This document shows, piece after piece, positions 12,317-24,605 of a stretch of DNA of 64,000 nt. The DNA lies in assembly GCF_964204645.1 (NCBI RefSeq), contig NC_134036.1, positions 5,238,600 through 5,302,599 on the forward strand. The letters are read 5' to 3'. Both the position numbers and the translations under genes were made by a program. The stretch is from Tubulanus polymorphus (Eukaryota > Animalia > Nemertea). Under the pieces are notes generated by a model that saw only the letters and a list, made by a program, of their open reading frames with translations, did not search any database and had not been told where the DNA came from. Each line of letters starts with the position of its first letter. The first letter of the stretch is position 1.

Positions 12317-13675
12317 CTGCAGTTTTAATCCGATCATCATAATGAGCGCTTTCTGTGAATATGCCTCTCTGATTAGAGGTTCAGTAGCGAATAATGTTTT
12401 GATAGAAATCATTTCCTTTTCTGAGTTGATACTGAGTAGATGTCCCGCGTACTTCTGTCTACAATACAATTCAGCATTCTCCCAATTCAGATGTTCATCT
12501 CTGATGTATTTAACGCATGAAATTCCCGAATCTAGGAATCCCGATTTGCATGTATTTTCAAGCTGTTTTATTGGTAAGTTATGTTCTAGAATGTATTGTA
12601 TGCGATATTTGGGTACTCGGTCTTTCACCTCGAACCACATCCGAGTAAAGATGAAACTGTAAAACGTAACACCAGGTTCAGCAAACGTTCCGCATAGTTT
12701 GATTACGTGTTGGGCATTGGCCTGTTTGTCACTGCTACTCTTGACGTAATTTACTTCCTGGACGAACGCGACGGACTCCAGTTTGTATCTAGATTCCTTG
12801 ATGCATGACGTCTTTTCCATTGTTTTGATGACGAATTGGTAAAATTGAATTCTCGTAGCTATCCATTGGACCTGGATCCTGTATTTCAATGTAACAGTCG
12901 AATGTCCAGCAGATCCCGGATAATTGGGAGACTGCACGATTCCACAGTCACCATCACCTCGCCTTACCTCATATGAGTTTTGCTTGTTTAATATTTGGCA
13001 CATACGCCGCAATTCAACGATGTACCCTAATCTAAAAAATAAGTCTACACTCCGGAATGTGACAGTGTGCAGTATGAGACTGTCATTGAGACGCCGAAAA
13101 CTGAGAGACATGGCGAATCTACATCTCGCTATAGCTACATACGTCATATATTCAGGCACGCATCCGCCAATTTCATATTCGTGCCGTGATATGACGTAAA
13201 TTCTGTGCAGAGGAACTGCTCGATTTTCTGGAGTTATCCTGAAACAGTTTGACGTCTGCGGCACTGTCACTCGGAGTTCTCCTTCTCGTAGAGTATATCC
13301 GTCACAATCACTAGCACGAAACGTTAAACTAGCTTTTCGCACATCGTGGACCAGGCGCTTCACTGGACAGTTATAAGTATAACCGACTACGATAACTGAT
13401 CCACCTGATGTAATCAGACTGGCGACTCTTCGTCGATAACCCGATGAACGAGGACAATACGGACCGTATCGTCTAGCCGTGAAATTACCACCGTCGTATA
13501 TGTAAAATCCAACATTTTCACAATTTACTGACACAACCGTTAATTCCAGTTCCCTCTCATAGACTTCAACTTTCCATTTGAATTCGTACATGGTGACTTG
13601 ATATTTCAACGTCTTCGACGGTGATGGAAACAGCGAGAAATATGGCAGCGATTTTGGCTGGTGTTTGTAAGAAAT
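12317..13675 (-). CDS. GRL101-like GPCR copy 2, coding exon 2 (CUB-like plus C-type lectin N-half)
   Basis: ORF 12287..13609 extended to acceptor CATTTTAG at 13676. Donor CAG|GTAGTA at 12316, 75-bp intron. 1,359 bp, the same length as in copy 1. Confidence 0.88.
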
Positions 13676-13771
13676 CTAAAATGAATGATATTTTGAGATA
13701 CATACAAATAATTGATTTAATACATCGAATATCTCGACTGAGAACCTAAGATAAACCTAACCCACGTTTAC

Positions 13772-14983
13772 CTTAATGTTATTTAGTATTGTAATTGTCG
13801 GTATTGATTTCATTCTGAAGTCTATCCTTACAGTCGATTCTGTGATGTTCGGCCTCGTTAGAACGCACAGTATGACGAGAAATCCGTCAGATTTGAAACT
13901 CAGTGATTCCAGGTAGTTGTAACCGAGTAAAATATCAGTTCCTACAACGCGTAGTCCTTCTAGTTTATATACTCCAATGACGTCACCGGATGTCCTGAGA
14001 TCACGTGTCCAGTTGAAAACGACGTACTGTAACACCTGCGCTGTGATAGACCAGCAGTGTAAGTATTTCGATCGAGTTATTACGTGTAAACTGTTGTCAT
14101 CGGGAATGAGCACTCCTGACTCGTTATCAGAGACCTGAATCAACGGATTAGAGACGTTCCAATCTGATATTCTATACGTCTGGATCAAAAGTTCCGTCGT
14201 TGTTTCGCGTTGATTTGACGTAAATATCAATGACTTCTTAGTTTTGGTATAAAACGATGACGGATGTTGTCCGCTCTGTGCACCTATAAGGGCTATCGGT
14301 TTATTGCTGGTGTTCCAGCCATCATAGATTCGAAAACTCGACGCTGGATCGGTATCAAAGCCAGGGAAGACCAACTCAACGAATGTTAAATTCATCGCCA
14401 AACCACCTGGGATGCCGTTCCATTCGATAAACAATTGACAACGGGAATGGAGAAACAACGAGAATTTGTATCCGGTCGATGTTTTCAATTCATTCACTCG
14501 AAAATTCCGTTTATTGCAACCGTTTATTCTCAATCGGCTTCGTTCATAATGATATATGATATAAACCTGACTACCTCGCGCACCATTGACGTTACTCCTA
14601 AACATCAACGAAATCGAATCGTTACGAACGATGTCGTATTTTCCGTTACCGCAGATGGTATTCCCGTCAACGAATATATAGTTATTACTGCAAAATATTG
14701 ACGGCTCGATGACGTAGTAAACTTTGACGTGAAAAGTTCCCGGTAAAGAACTGTTGATGAACCAACGACATTCAACACCGCGCGTAAAGGAAGGGTAATT
14801 CGGCGAAACGATGTAACCGGACGTAGAATCTAGCGGGTACCAAGTGTTGTTACAAGACGAACTTACCGTCACAGACGATTCCTCGATAAAGTCTGCGCGA
14901 TCAGCGCGCGCGATGCGAACTCGACAGACGATCAGCGACGCTATAAACAGCGCTCTCAGTCGCTGCTCCATACCGAACAACAT
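13772..14983 (-). CDS. GRL101-like GPCR copy 2, coding exon 1 (signal peptide plus CUB)
   Basis: ORF 13757..14986. ATG at 14983. Donor AAG|GTAAAC at 13771, 96-bp phase-0 intron. Spliced product about 1,936 aa. Confidence 0.87.
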
Positions 14984-16872
14984 CACTGCGACAGAATGAA
15001 CGAAGTTCTTGTCATTTCACGTTGTCGGTTATTGGTCCGACCAAAATCCGATCTCATCCAATCAGAAAATTCGCTCATATATTCTTCATATATTTACAGT
15101 AAAAATACGTTCGTTGTAAATTCACCCTCGTAAGAAAATTACACAACCGAAAGATGAAATTCTTGATTTTCGCAGTTATTCTAGTTTTAGTTTGTGGCAT
15201 TCATTTATCTATTTGTTGTGTTCTTGTGATCACCAAACCTCATAAACTCAGAAAAGAACATTTATATCAAATAAGAAATGAAATTGATTTTGTTTTTGTA
15301 AGCGTAATCATAAACATTATGAATCTATAACTGCGTATAGCCCTACAATTAATCTCATTGCACACATATCTCTGTATGAGGCTCAACGAGGTTTGTAGAG
15401 GCAAAAAATCAGAAATTTCAATTCGACGATTCTAACCATAAACACTGTTTATGCATGTAGTAAATTAGCTCGAAGTGTGTCGCATATATTTTGGCGCATC
15501 TGGGTTCCGTAGATTTATCCCAAGTCTTTTAGTTTGTTGTCTGAACAGGCTTTAAACAACGACACTGAATTGTATTAGGATTTGATAGCGACTGACTGAT
15601 CGGTATAGATTAAATATTTCGCGTTGAAAAATATATTCGGTCAAATTTGAAAATCTGCGTAATTGATATTTGCTAGAGAATCATTTGGCTTTACTTGTGT
15701 CGAAATCAGTTTTAAAATTAGGGATGTCTCATCGACGAAATCGGCACAATTCACTGGATTTACAGCTAGGTATATAGGTTATGAGCATGGAATATCTTGT
15801 ATATCGTCGTATCTTCGCGTATTCTAGAATCGACTGTAACCGAGAGAGATGCTGAATCGATTTCATAGCAATGCGTGTATATTGTTAAACGCCTCGAGGC
15901 AGTTACTGTAAAAACGGTCTAAACTTTTTCTGCACGACAGCGGTTTTCAGTATATATCATGTATACTCGTGTAGGTCTAATATTTTCACACTGATTTCGT
16001 GCTATATTTGGTCCTATTTGAAACAACCATCTTAACTCTATCGCAATCGTTTTTCAGATGATCGAACTAATTTATCTATAGGTTTCACGTAATTCTAAAT
16101 GGCAACACTGCTTACTCATTAATTCTAAGGAGAATTTTAAATCTGCTAGGTTTTAGGGATTGAAAATGTAATGGACATCTATTTATTATTTTTGGAGTAG
16201 ATTAGAAGTCTCATCGCTGACAGAAAAGACTAATATCACCAGGTATCTCAGCTATACCTAATAAAACATTGAATTATTCGAAATTGTTCTTTTTTTCAGA
16301 TCGGTCATTCCTCACGTTCTCATAATCAGGAACTGATTTCTGTCAATACCGCGAGAACGTTCGAACGAACACTCTTGAATCCCGACGTTTCGAATTATTC
16401 CATGAGACTCCACTCAGAAATTTCTGGTGAGTAGATTTATTGTTGTTTGGTCCACTGGATATACACAGCTGATATTTTGTCAGTAGGAAAAACGTGCTGG
16501 AATAAATGTGGAAATTCATCAGCTGTTAGACATTTGGAAGTACTGGGGAAATGAATAACACCTCAATTGATTTTCCCCATTTTATTAATCGATGCTTGAG
16601 CTTGTTTATTTTAATCATAATGACGTCACAGGGAGAGTCAAAACGCATCCAATTATTGAACCAAAAAGTGCCAATGATACCATAACCATCTATATTTTCA
16701 TAGTTGATATTATCATAGTCACCGATTACTTACAGCGGTGCTGTGCACCAAATTTTCATTTGTATGTGCAAATGCAAATTACACAAGGACACTCATCGAT
16801 TTTTCTGTACTCAAAAGTAAACAATACACAGCGGATCAATGGTCTCCTTTAAAATATCCCCTAGACTTCGTA

Positions 16873-17155
16873 CGGGGTAGACACGTATTGGTTCTCGCAG
16901 CGGCGAGTCCGCGCGAATTTCACGTGTATACGCCAACTCGAAAAACCCCTCCAGATAATATCGTGAAATATCGTGTGAAATGTCGGCCATGATGAAACAG
17001 GGAATTCCTCAAAACGGGATTCGGATTCTTCTTCATACTATCGCACACGTACCGTGGATAATGCACGAAATTATCTCAAACGGTTTTTGAGTTGGTGCGT
17101 ACACGTGAAATTCGGGCGGACTAGCTGCTGCAAAAACCAATTCGTATATACCCCA
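16873..17155. mobile_element. MITE-like element with about 95-bp imperfect TIRs and flanking TA (Tc1/mariner-type TSD)
   Basis: TA-CGGGGTAGACACGTATTGGTT...AACCAATTCGTATATACCCCA-TA. The arms are reverse complements. One arm is also present at about 6945-7035. Confidence 0.65.
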
Positions 17156-18449
17156 TATCTACTATTAGGTCGCTATGGAATATTTTGTACTTTTTGAGGA
17201 TACGGTGTCTACTGTAAATATTTTTCTTTTTTTCTTGAAATAGGGATCGACAATTTGAGCTATTTATTTGACTGGTAGATTTTGTTTGATTTGTTTTGAT
17301 TTGGTGTCCCTCCATTTTAGACGTTTTATCCGTTTTGTCACATGGTGCCTAAACAATTAAACTGCTAACATTCGTCGGAAAAATTGGGATTTTATGTCGC
17401 CTAATGACTGAATATTCTTTTTTTGAATTCTTATCTCCGGTAAATCACGAAGTCGCCTAAAAAACGTATAAGGGATCGTAATAAACCGATATTTATTTTC
17501 TATGGATTTACTATATATCCAAGCATGTTTCATAAATCATAATTGTTTCGAGGCACCGTCGAACCATTCGCTGAATATTCCCCAAGAAATTAGATGAAAT
17601 ATCTGTCAATTCTCAGTAAGGAATGTTTTCGGTGAAACACGAGTCCAAACGATACTCCTTAGAAAATAACTTTCAATATGAAGCACAGTTCCCATTTTCA
17701 GGAAAAAGAAAAATCCAAATGTTTCTTGTTTGCAATAAAGAGAGAACATTTTCGGCAGATTTCGTTTATTTATCGTAATTAATGCAACGTGTATCAAACA
17801 AATTATAACCAAAAGCGTTGCGGTAATTCGTACGACGTGGGAAATGAGAGACGATTAGTGTATATTTACCCCGTAATGAATCTAAATATCCGATAAACCC
17901 ACATTATATTCCACAACTTACGAATATTACGTAATTTGGACTTTCTCTGATTCGATGCACTTACAACGTTTCAGATATAAACTAATAGCTTTGCGCACGG
18001 ATTTTATTATGCATCGATAATGATGATGATGATGAATACATTTTCAAAAGAAGCTGCTTATTTTTCCTGATAGACAAAGCTGATAACTTATGCTCACTTC
18101 CCCTCCCTCCACGCCGGGACAATTTGGGAATATGACTGACGGACGTTTTGTGTTGATTCCATGTAGGAGCAACTGCCAACCGACCTAAAAGCTGTAGCTC
18201 TGGTGTAAACTCTCCACTTGCAGTGTCCTAGTATTATTATATTAGTATATATTCGCACATATCAGTGATTTTGAGTGATTAAGTGAATTGATCAAATTCA
18301 GAATCTTGCATTCGATTCGGAATAAACGGTGAAAGGTGAACTGAATATTTATCTTGTGTTGACTTTACATTGTGTTGACTGGCAATATATGAACCACCCT
18401 CTGTTGGGTAAGATTATAATTATTGAATATATAGAATATATTGGCTAAT

Positions 18450-21400
18450 TCATTTTTCTGTTCGAGTTTGCCTGCGTTTGTTTTTTGCTCGTATGGATTT
18501 CATATCGATAGTCAGTATAGTGTAAAGAAGGGGATTGAGGGACGAGTTGATCGGTAAGAAAAGAACCGCCAGCCAAGCCGCCACCTGATTCGGAATTTCT
18601 ACCCGTAATACCGCGCAAAACTGAACGATAATTAACGGCAGCCAGCAAAATAGATTGCTAAGATTAATCACCAAACTCCTGCGTGCTAAAACTAGTTCTG
18701 TAGGGTCGATTCTACCTGAACCAGACCTACTTCCAGATACGAGTCTGTACATTTGGGCATAAGTCGCCAATATCGAAGCAAGTATGATTGAGTTGCATAA
18801 CGAAAAAATAGCGAATGAATATTGCCAGGCATTGACATCAATTGAAATTAAATTCATTGGTAAACAAACTCCGGTTGTACCGTAGAAATTGCTTCCAAAG
18901 TAAGGGATAGGTGTAAGAGGTAGTAATGCAATAGCACACAAAACAATCCAACATGTGCAACAAATCATGTAGACATATCTCGGAGATGTAATTAGATTTC
19001 TAGAAAATGGGTCGACGATATTTGAGTACCTATAACGTGTTATGATGAGTAAAAATACCAACGAACCTTCGCAAGAAATAGTGACCACGACTCCAGCAAT
19101 ATGACAAAGCAAACTGTCCGTCCAGGATTCTGAATGGAGGAAGTAGATACCTTTGTAAATGTAATCGGCTCCAGCGATCAGAAACAAATATATAGACATC
19201 ATAAAATCACACACAGCAACATTGATGATGATAATGTCTGAGGATGGATTCATGGGGGAGGATCGAATCGCTTGAATGCGAAGAGAAATTACAATTCCGT
19301 TAGCGAAAGAACTGAATGAAGCGATGACCCAGATGATAGCTCTGAGAACTGTGTTACCCATCAGATCAGAACAGGAGGAAAATTGATCCGCCTCGGGAAG
19401 GCACTGGTCAACATCAGGAGCCATGCAGCAAAATTTGTAAATATCAGACTTCAGCAAAACTAATGACGTCAGATTGACAAAAACCATTCTATCGGCAGAT
19501 ATAACCTTGTAGTTGTTCGTTATATCCAGGATTCTTAGTGAAGATATTCCAGTAAATGCGTAATGCGAAATATGATGGATTCTGTTATTGCTGATGTTCA
19601 ACGACTGTAATGAGGATAAACCTCGAAATACATTTCTACCAAGCGACAACAACCTAAGTCCCCGGAGGTCAAGTACTTTAAGTGACGTCAAATCTTTGAA
19701 GGCATCATCATCCAAATGACGTATTGGATTTTTGGTTATCGATAGTTGTTGTAAACTATACAAACCGATGAATGTATTTGTACTCAATGATGTGATGTTG
19801 TTGTGTGTAAGGTCTAATGTATATAGATTATGCAGGTTTGAGAAAGACTTGGGTAAGATATAAGACAATTCATTGTAGGAGATGTTGAGCGTTCTCACGT
19901 AGTTGTATGAATGGAATGTCGACAGGTCCAAAATAATGTCGTTATTCGACAAAATTAAAACTCGAGTTGCTGCGGAGAAAAGACCAGTTATATTTGTTAA
20001 ACCGGTATTTTCACAATCAATCAAATGACCTTGACACTGACAACCTCTAGGACACCTGGCGCTACAGAATGCCTCGTCATCAGTCGTGTGTTTACAATTT
20101 ACGACACCATCGCAAACTTCAGATTGTGGAATACATCGATTTTCCTGGCCACATTTAAACATTCCCGCACATGAAAGAGTCTCACAGTTTTGTTCGTCTT
20201 CTGAATTAGGACAATCTGATTGACCATCGCACATCTGCCTGATCGGTATACAGTAGGATACTGGGCATTTTACAGTACCAGCTGGACATTCAAATTCTTC
20301 ACATCTCAATACGTGCTCTAGATTTCTACAAACTGGGAGACCATTCGTCATTCTTTCTAAAATACATCTGTGACGTCTTGAATAACAATGGGGAGAATCG
20401 AAAGAACATCTTTGTTCATCTGATTCCGTACATAGATTTGTGAAGTTAGTTGTACAGTGGTGCTCATTATTGCAACTAACTGTAGGATTTACTATAACAT
20501 TAGTATTTGTTACTAATTCATCTTCCTCGTGGCTTCCACTACAATCCACAACACTATCCTGAAACAACTTAGAACTGATACAGTCCCCGCTGTTACACAG
20601 GAATCCCTGACATATTTCGGCAGAGCATTCCATTTCATCAGAGCCGTCCTTACAATTAGTGACTCCATCACATCTGGTAGACCTACTGACACATTGACCA
20701 CTTTTACAGCGGAATTGTTCGGACAAACATGGGGGATGAAAACACGAGTTTTCATCCGAACCATCCACACAATCTTGTATGAAATCACAGAAACCACTTA
20801 TTGATATAATCCGACCATCATTGCATTGAAACTGACCGTGTAAATTGATATCCGTACAATTGAGTTCATCTTCACCGTGTTGGCAGTCGTGTCTGGTATC
20901 ACATACGCGATGGTCGCTGATACATCTGTGATCGGTACATTTAAACTGCCACGATTTACAACCGCTTAAAGAAGTTAACTCTTCAATACTTACATTATAG
21001 GAACACAACACTGAATGCGCTGTATCTGATTGATTATACCACGGTATCAATTCCCACTTAATCGAATGATAATAAGTTAGTTCATCCCTGGTAACAAATG
21101 GTTTTATTGTCTTCCACTGATTGTTAAAGGCCTTGGTTAGGATAGCGCCATACTGGTGCTGATATTGAAATCTGGCAATCAACCTTTTAGCGTGAACAAG
21201 ATAATCTATCATCCCTATTTCACCGCGGATTCCATGACACATTTCACTTGCTTTCTTAATATCTAAACTTCGGTTTTTGTTCCATTCTGTCTGTATCTGG
21301 TAACAATGTCCAGCTATACTTAACCAACCTCTTGTACAAGTTGCATTTATTGAATTATCATTGAATATGTCTTGTTTACTAGTTTGGGATAGCAGGTTTT

Positions 21401-21701
21401 TTGTTGAATTTCTCTCTCTTCCAGTGATATTTTCATCGACATCGATTCTCCCCGATTCACAAATGAAACTCGTGTGACTCTCTTCGATTTCGCAGGGGAA
21501 TCGAACCCAGTTCGCTGATCCTCGTGGATTATTCAGTATCATCGCCGTACACGGCATATTGACGTCATTTATCGGTTGTTTTCTTAGAGGTGATATCAAT
21601 CCTTGAATATCTTCAGGTATCGTGTCGTTATTTGTTGGTTTATACCACTCCGTGTAGCTCAATGGTTTTCCATCAGTCCACATGTAATAACCTGTCCTAG
21701 G
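18450..21701 (-). CDS. GRL101-like LGR GPCR copy 3, coding exon 3 (lectin, LDLa, LRR, hinge, 7TM)
   Basis: ORF 18450..21749, whose N-terminal residues are intronic. Acceptor TTTCTTCAG at 21702. Same domain order as copy 2, with a near-identical TM6-TM7. Confidence 0.95.
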   Translation of the reverse strand, partial: PRTGYYMWTDGKPLSYTEWYKPTNNDTIPEDIQGLISPLRKQPINDVNMPCTAMILNNPRGSANWVRFPCEIEESHTSFICESGRIDVDENITGRERNSTKNLLSQTSKQDIFNDNSINATCTRGWLSIAGHCYQIQTEWNKNRSLDIKKASEMCHGIRGEIGMIDYLVHAKRLIARFQYQHQYGAILTKAFNNQWKTIKPFVTRDELTYYHSIKWELIPWYNQSDTAHSVLCSYNVSIEELTSLSGCKSWQFKCTDHRCISDHRVCDTRHDCQHGEDELNCTDINLHGQFQCNDGRIISISGFCDFIQDCVDGSDENSCFHPPCLSEQFRCKSGQCVSRSTRCDGVTNCKDGSDEMECSAEICQGFLCNSGDCISSKLFQDSVVDCSGSHEEDELVTNTNVIVNPTVSCNNEHHCTTNFTNLCTESDEQRCSFDSPHCYSRRHRCILERMTNGLPVCRNLEHVLRCEEFECPAGTVKCPVSYCIPIRQMCDGQSDCPNSEDEQNCETLSCAGMFKCGQENRCIPQSEVCDGVVNCKHTTDDEAFCSARCPRGCQCQGHLIDCENTGLTNITGLFSAATRVLILSNNDIILDLSTFHSYNYVRTLNISYNELSYILPKSFSNLHNLYTLDLTHNNITSLSTNTFIGLYSLQQLSITKNPIRHLDDDAFKDLTSLKVLDLRGLRLLSLGRNVFRGLSSLQSLNISNNRIHHISHYAFTGISSLRILDITNNYKVISADRMVFVNLTSLVLLKSDIYKFCCMAPDVDQCLPEADQFSSCSDLMGNTVLRAIIWVIASFSSFANGIVISLRIQAIRSSPMNPSSDIIIINVAVCDFMMSIYLFLIAGADYIYKGIYFLHSESWTDSLLCHIAGVVVTISCEGSLVFLLIITRYRYSNIVDPFSRNLITSPRYVYMICCTCWIVLCAIALLPLTPIPYFGSNFYGTTGVCLPMNLISIDVNAWQYSFAIFSLCNSIILASILATYAQMYRLVSGSRSGSGRIDPTELVLARRSLVINLSNLFCWLPLIIVQFCAVLRVEIPNQVAAWLAVLFLPINSSLNPLLYTILTIDMKSIRAKNKRRQTRTEK

Positions 21702-21777
21702 CTGAAGAAAATAAAGATTGACGTTAATGTATACTATTATTGATATCACACGTTACTCATCTTCAATAGTGATTTAC

Positions 21778-23154
21778 CTGCATTTTTAGCCCAATCATCA
21801 TTATGAACGCTTTCTGTGAATACGCCTCATTGATCAGAGGTTTTGTAGCGAATAATGTTTTAATAGAACTCATTTCCTGTTGTGAGTTGATACTGAGTAG
21901 ATGTCCCGCGTACTTCTGTCTACAGTACAATTCAGCGTTCTCCCAATTCAGACGTTTATCTCTGATGTATTTAACGCAGGAAATTCCCGAATTTAGAAAT
22001 CCTGATTTACAAACTTCATCGCCCTGTTTCTTAACCAACTGCTCTTCTAAAATGTATTGAATGCTGAACGTCGGTATTTTGTTTGTTGATTCGAGCCGCA
22101 GTTTCACAACCATCAAACTGTAAACTGTAACTCCCGGTTTGCTGTACGTTTCACATAGTTTTCTTTCATGTATCAGTATCGCGTGAAATAAGTGATTTGG
22201 TTCTCGGTAAGTGACTTCCTCAACCAGGACAACCGAGTTTTTATCTAATCTGAATCGTTTGATACATGGCGTCGTTTCTAAATACTTGATAATGAATCTG
22301 TAATATTGAACTCGGAATCTCTTAATAATGAAGCGAAAGTTATAGAATATAGTACTAACAGAAGTTCCCGGTGATACCGGGTAGTTAGGCGATTGCACGA
22401 TTCCACAGTCTCTATTTTCCTTGGGTACCTGATAAGTGTTATGTTTTTTCAATACGTGGCAAATGCGTCTCAATTCAACGATATACGGAAATCTACCGAA
22501 AAAATCCGCCGTCTTGATTTTCACAGTGTGCAGTACGTAGCTGTCATTGAGACGCTGAATACTGAATATTGTGTGACTTTTGCAGCCCGTTACCGATAAC
22601 GTATTATCAGGCGTGCACGAGCTGATTTCATATTCGTGCTGCGCAGTTACTTTGATTACATCGAAACGAACGCGTCGGTTTTCGGGTGTAATCCTGAAAC
22701 AACTTGACGTCCGAATTGTAACCTGGTGTTCACCTTCACGCAGAGTGCAACCGTCACAGTCAGTCGCACGCAACTTCAATCTACCCGTGCCCTTGTGCTT
22801 GCCTAGTGGGTTATGTATATAGCCCAGTACGACAACAGATCGTCCTGATGTAATCATGCCAACGAGACTTCGCCGATAACCCGATGAGCCCGGACAATAC
22901 GGACCGTATCGTCTGGCCGTGAAATTACCACCGTCGAATATGTAATATCCGGCATTTTCACAATTCTCTGACAGAACCTCTAACTCCAAGTTGCTTTCAG
23001 ATATTTCAACTTTCCATTTGATTTCATATTTGAATACAAGATAATTTACATTGTATTTCGACGATCTTAGGAGATACAGTGGGGATCCCTTTGCATATGA
23101 AGATGGAAGTAGTGATGAAATGGTCAATGTTCTTTCGGCCAGATTTTTTGAATT
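21778..23154 (-). CDS. GRL101-like GPCR copy 3, coding exon 2 (CUB-like plus C-type lectin N-half)
   Basis: ORF 21763..23202. Donor CAG|GTAAAT at 21777, 76-bp intron. Best in-frame acceptor is CATTTCAG at 23155, so the 5' boundary is less certain. Confidence 0.83.
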
Positions 23155-23384
23155 CTGAAATGCATAAGATGTATGATCAACTATTATTCCATCGTAAAAC
23201 AATACTTCATATCTGAACTATATTTTTCTTCGGGTGGAACAGAATCAAATCATATTTTGCCACCCTGTGTTGCACGCAGCCACTGGGAAAATTTCACTCT
23301 AGGCATAAAAGACTACTATGTGCACTTCATTTTGAAATAATACAAATGTTCGTTTATACAACCCCAAATGATTTCAGTACTTGC

Positions 23385-24605
23385 CGTAAGAATGCGTAGT
23401 CTTGACATCGATATTGATTGCATAGTGAAGTCGATTCTTACAATCGATTCTGTGATGTTCGGTCTCGTAAGAACGCAAAGTATAACTAGAAATCCGTCAG
23501 ATTTGACAATCATTAATTCCAGGTAGTTGTAACCGAGTAAAATATCAGTTCCTACAACGCGTAACCCTTCTAGTGTATAGACACCGATGACGTCCCCGGA
23601 CGTGACGAGATCACGTGTCCAGTTGAAGACGACGTACTGTAACACCTGCGCTGTGATAGACCAGCAGTGTAAGTGTTTCGATCGAGTTATTACGTGTAAA
23701 CTGTTGTCATCGGGAATGAGCACTCCCGATTCGTTATTAGAGATCTGAATCAACGGATTAGCGACGTTCCAATCTGATATTCTACACATCCGAACTAAAA
23801 GTTTAGTCGTGGTTTTGCGTTGGTTTAATGAAAAAATCATCGCCTTGTTAGTTTTGGTGTAAAACGATAACGGCTGTTGTCCGCGTTGTACGCCTAAAAG
23901 CGCTATCGGTTTACTGCTAGTGTTCCAGCCATCATAGATTCGATAACTCGCCAGTGTGTCGATTTTACCGAAAAACACTAGTTCCATATCCACATCGACA
24001 AAGGTCAAATTCATGCCTAAACCAACCGAGAGAGCATCCCATTTTAAAAATACTTGACAGATGCAACTCAAGAACATCGCGAATTTGTATCCGGTCCATG
24101 TTTTCAATTCATTAACTTGAAAACACCCTTTCCTACAGTTGTGACTGATTCTCAGTTGGCTCCTTTCATGACGGTAAATGATATAAACACGACCTCCTCG
24201 CGCACCATCGACGTTACTCCTCAACATCAACGAGATCGAATCGTAACGAACGACGTCGTATTTCCCCTTGCCGCAAAATATTTTTCCATCAACGAATAGA
24301 TAGTTACGTTTGCAGAATATTGACGGCTCAATGTTGTAGTAAACCTTGATGCGGAAAAATCCCGGCAAAGAGCTGTTGAGGAACCAACGACATTCAACAC
24401 CGCGCGTAAACGAAGGGTAATTCGGTGAAGCGATGTAACCGGACGTAGAATCTACAGGGTACCACGTGTTGTTACAAGACGAACTTACCGTCACAGACGA
24501 TTCCTCGATAGAGTCTGCGCGATCAGCGCAAGCGATGCGAACTCGACAGACGATCAGCGACGCTATAAACAGCGCTCTCAGTCGCTGCTCCATACCGAAC
24601 ATCAT
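23385..24605 (-). CDS. GRL101-like GPCR copy 3, coding exon 1 (signal peptide plus CUB)
   Basis: ORF 23316..24644. ATG at 24605 or 24593. Probable GC donor ACG|GCAAGT at 23384, homologous to the GT donors of copies 1 and 2. Spliced product about 1,949 aa. Confidence 0.82.
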
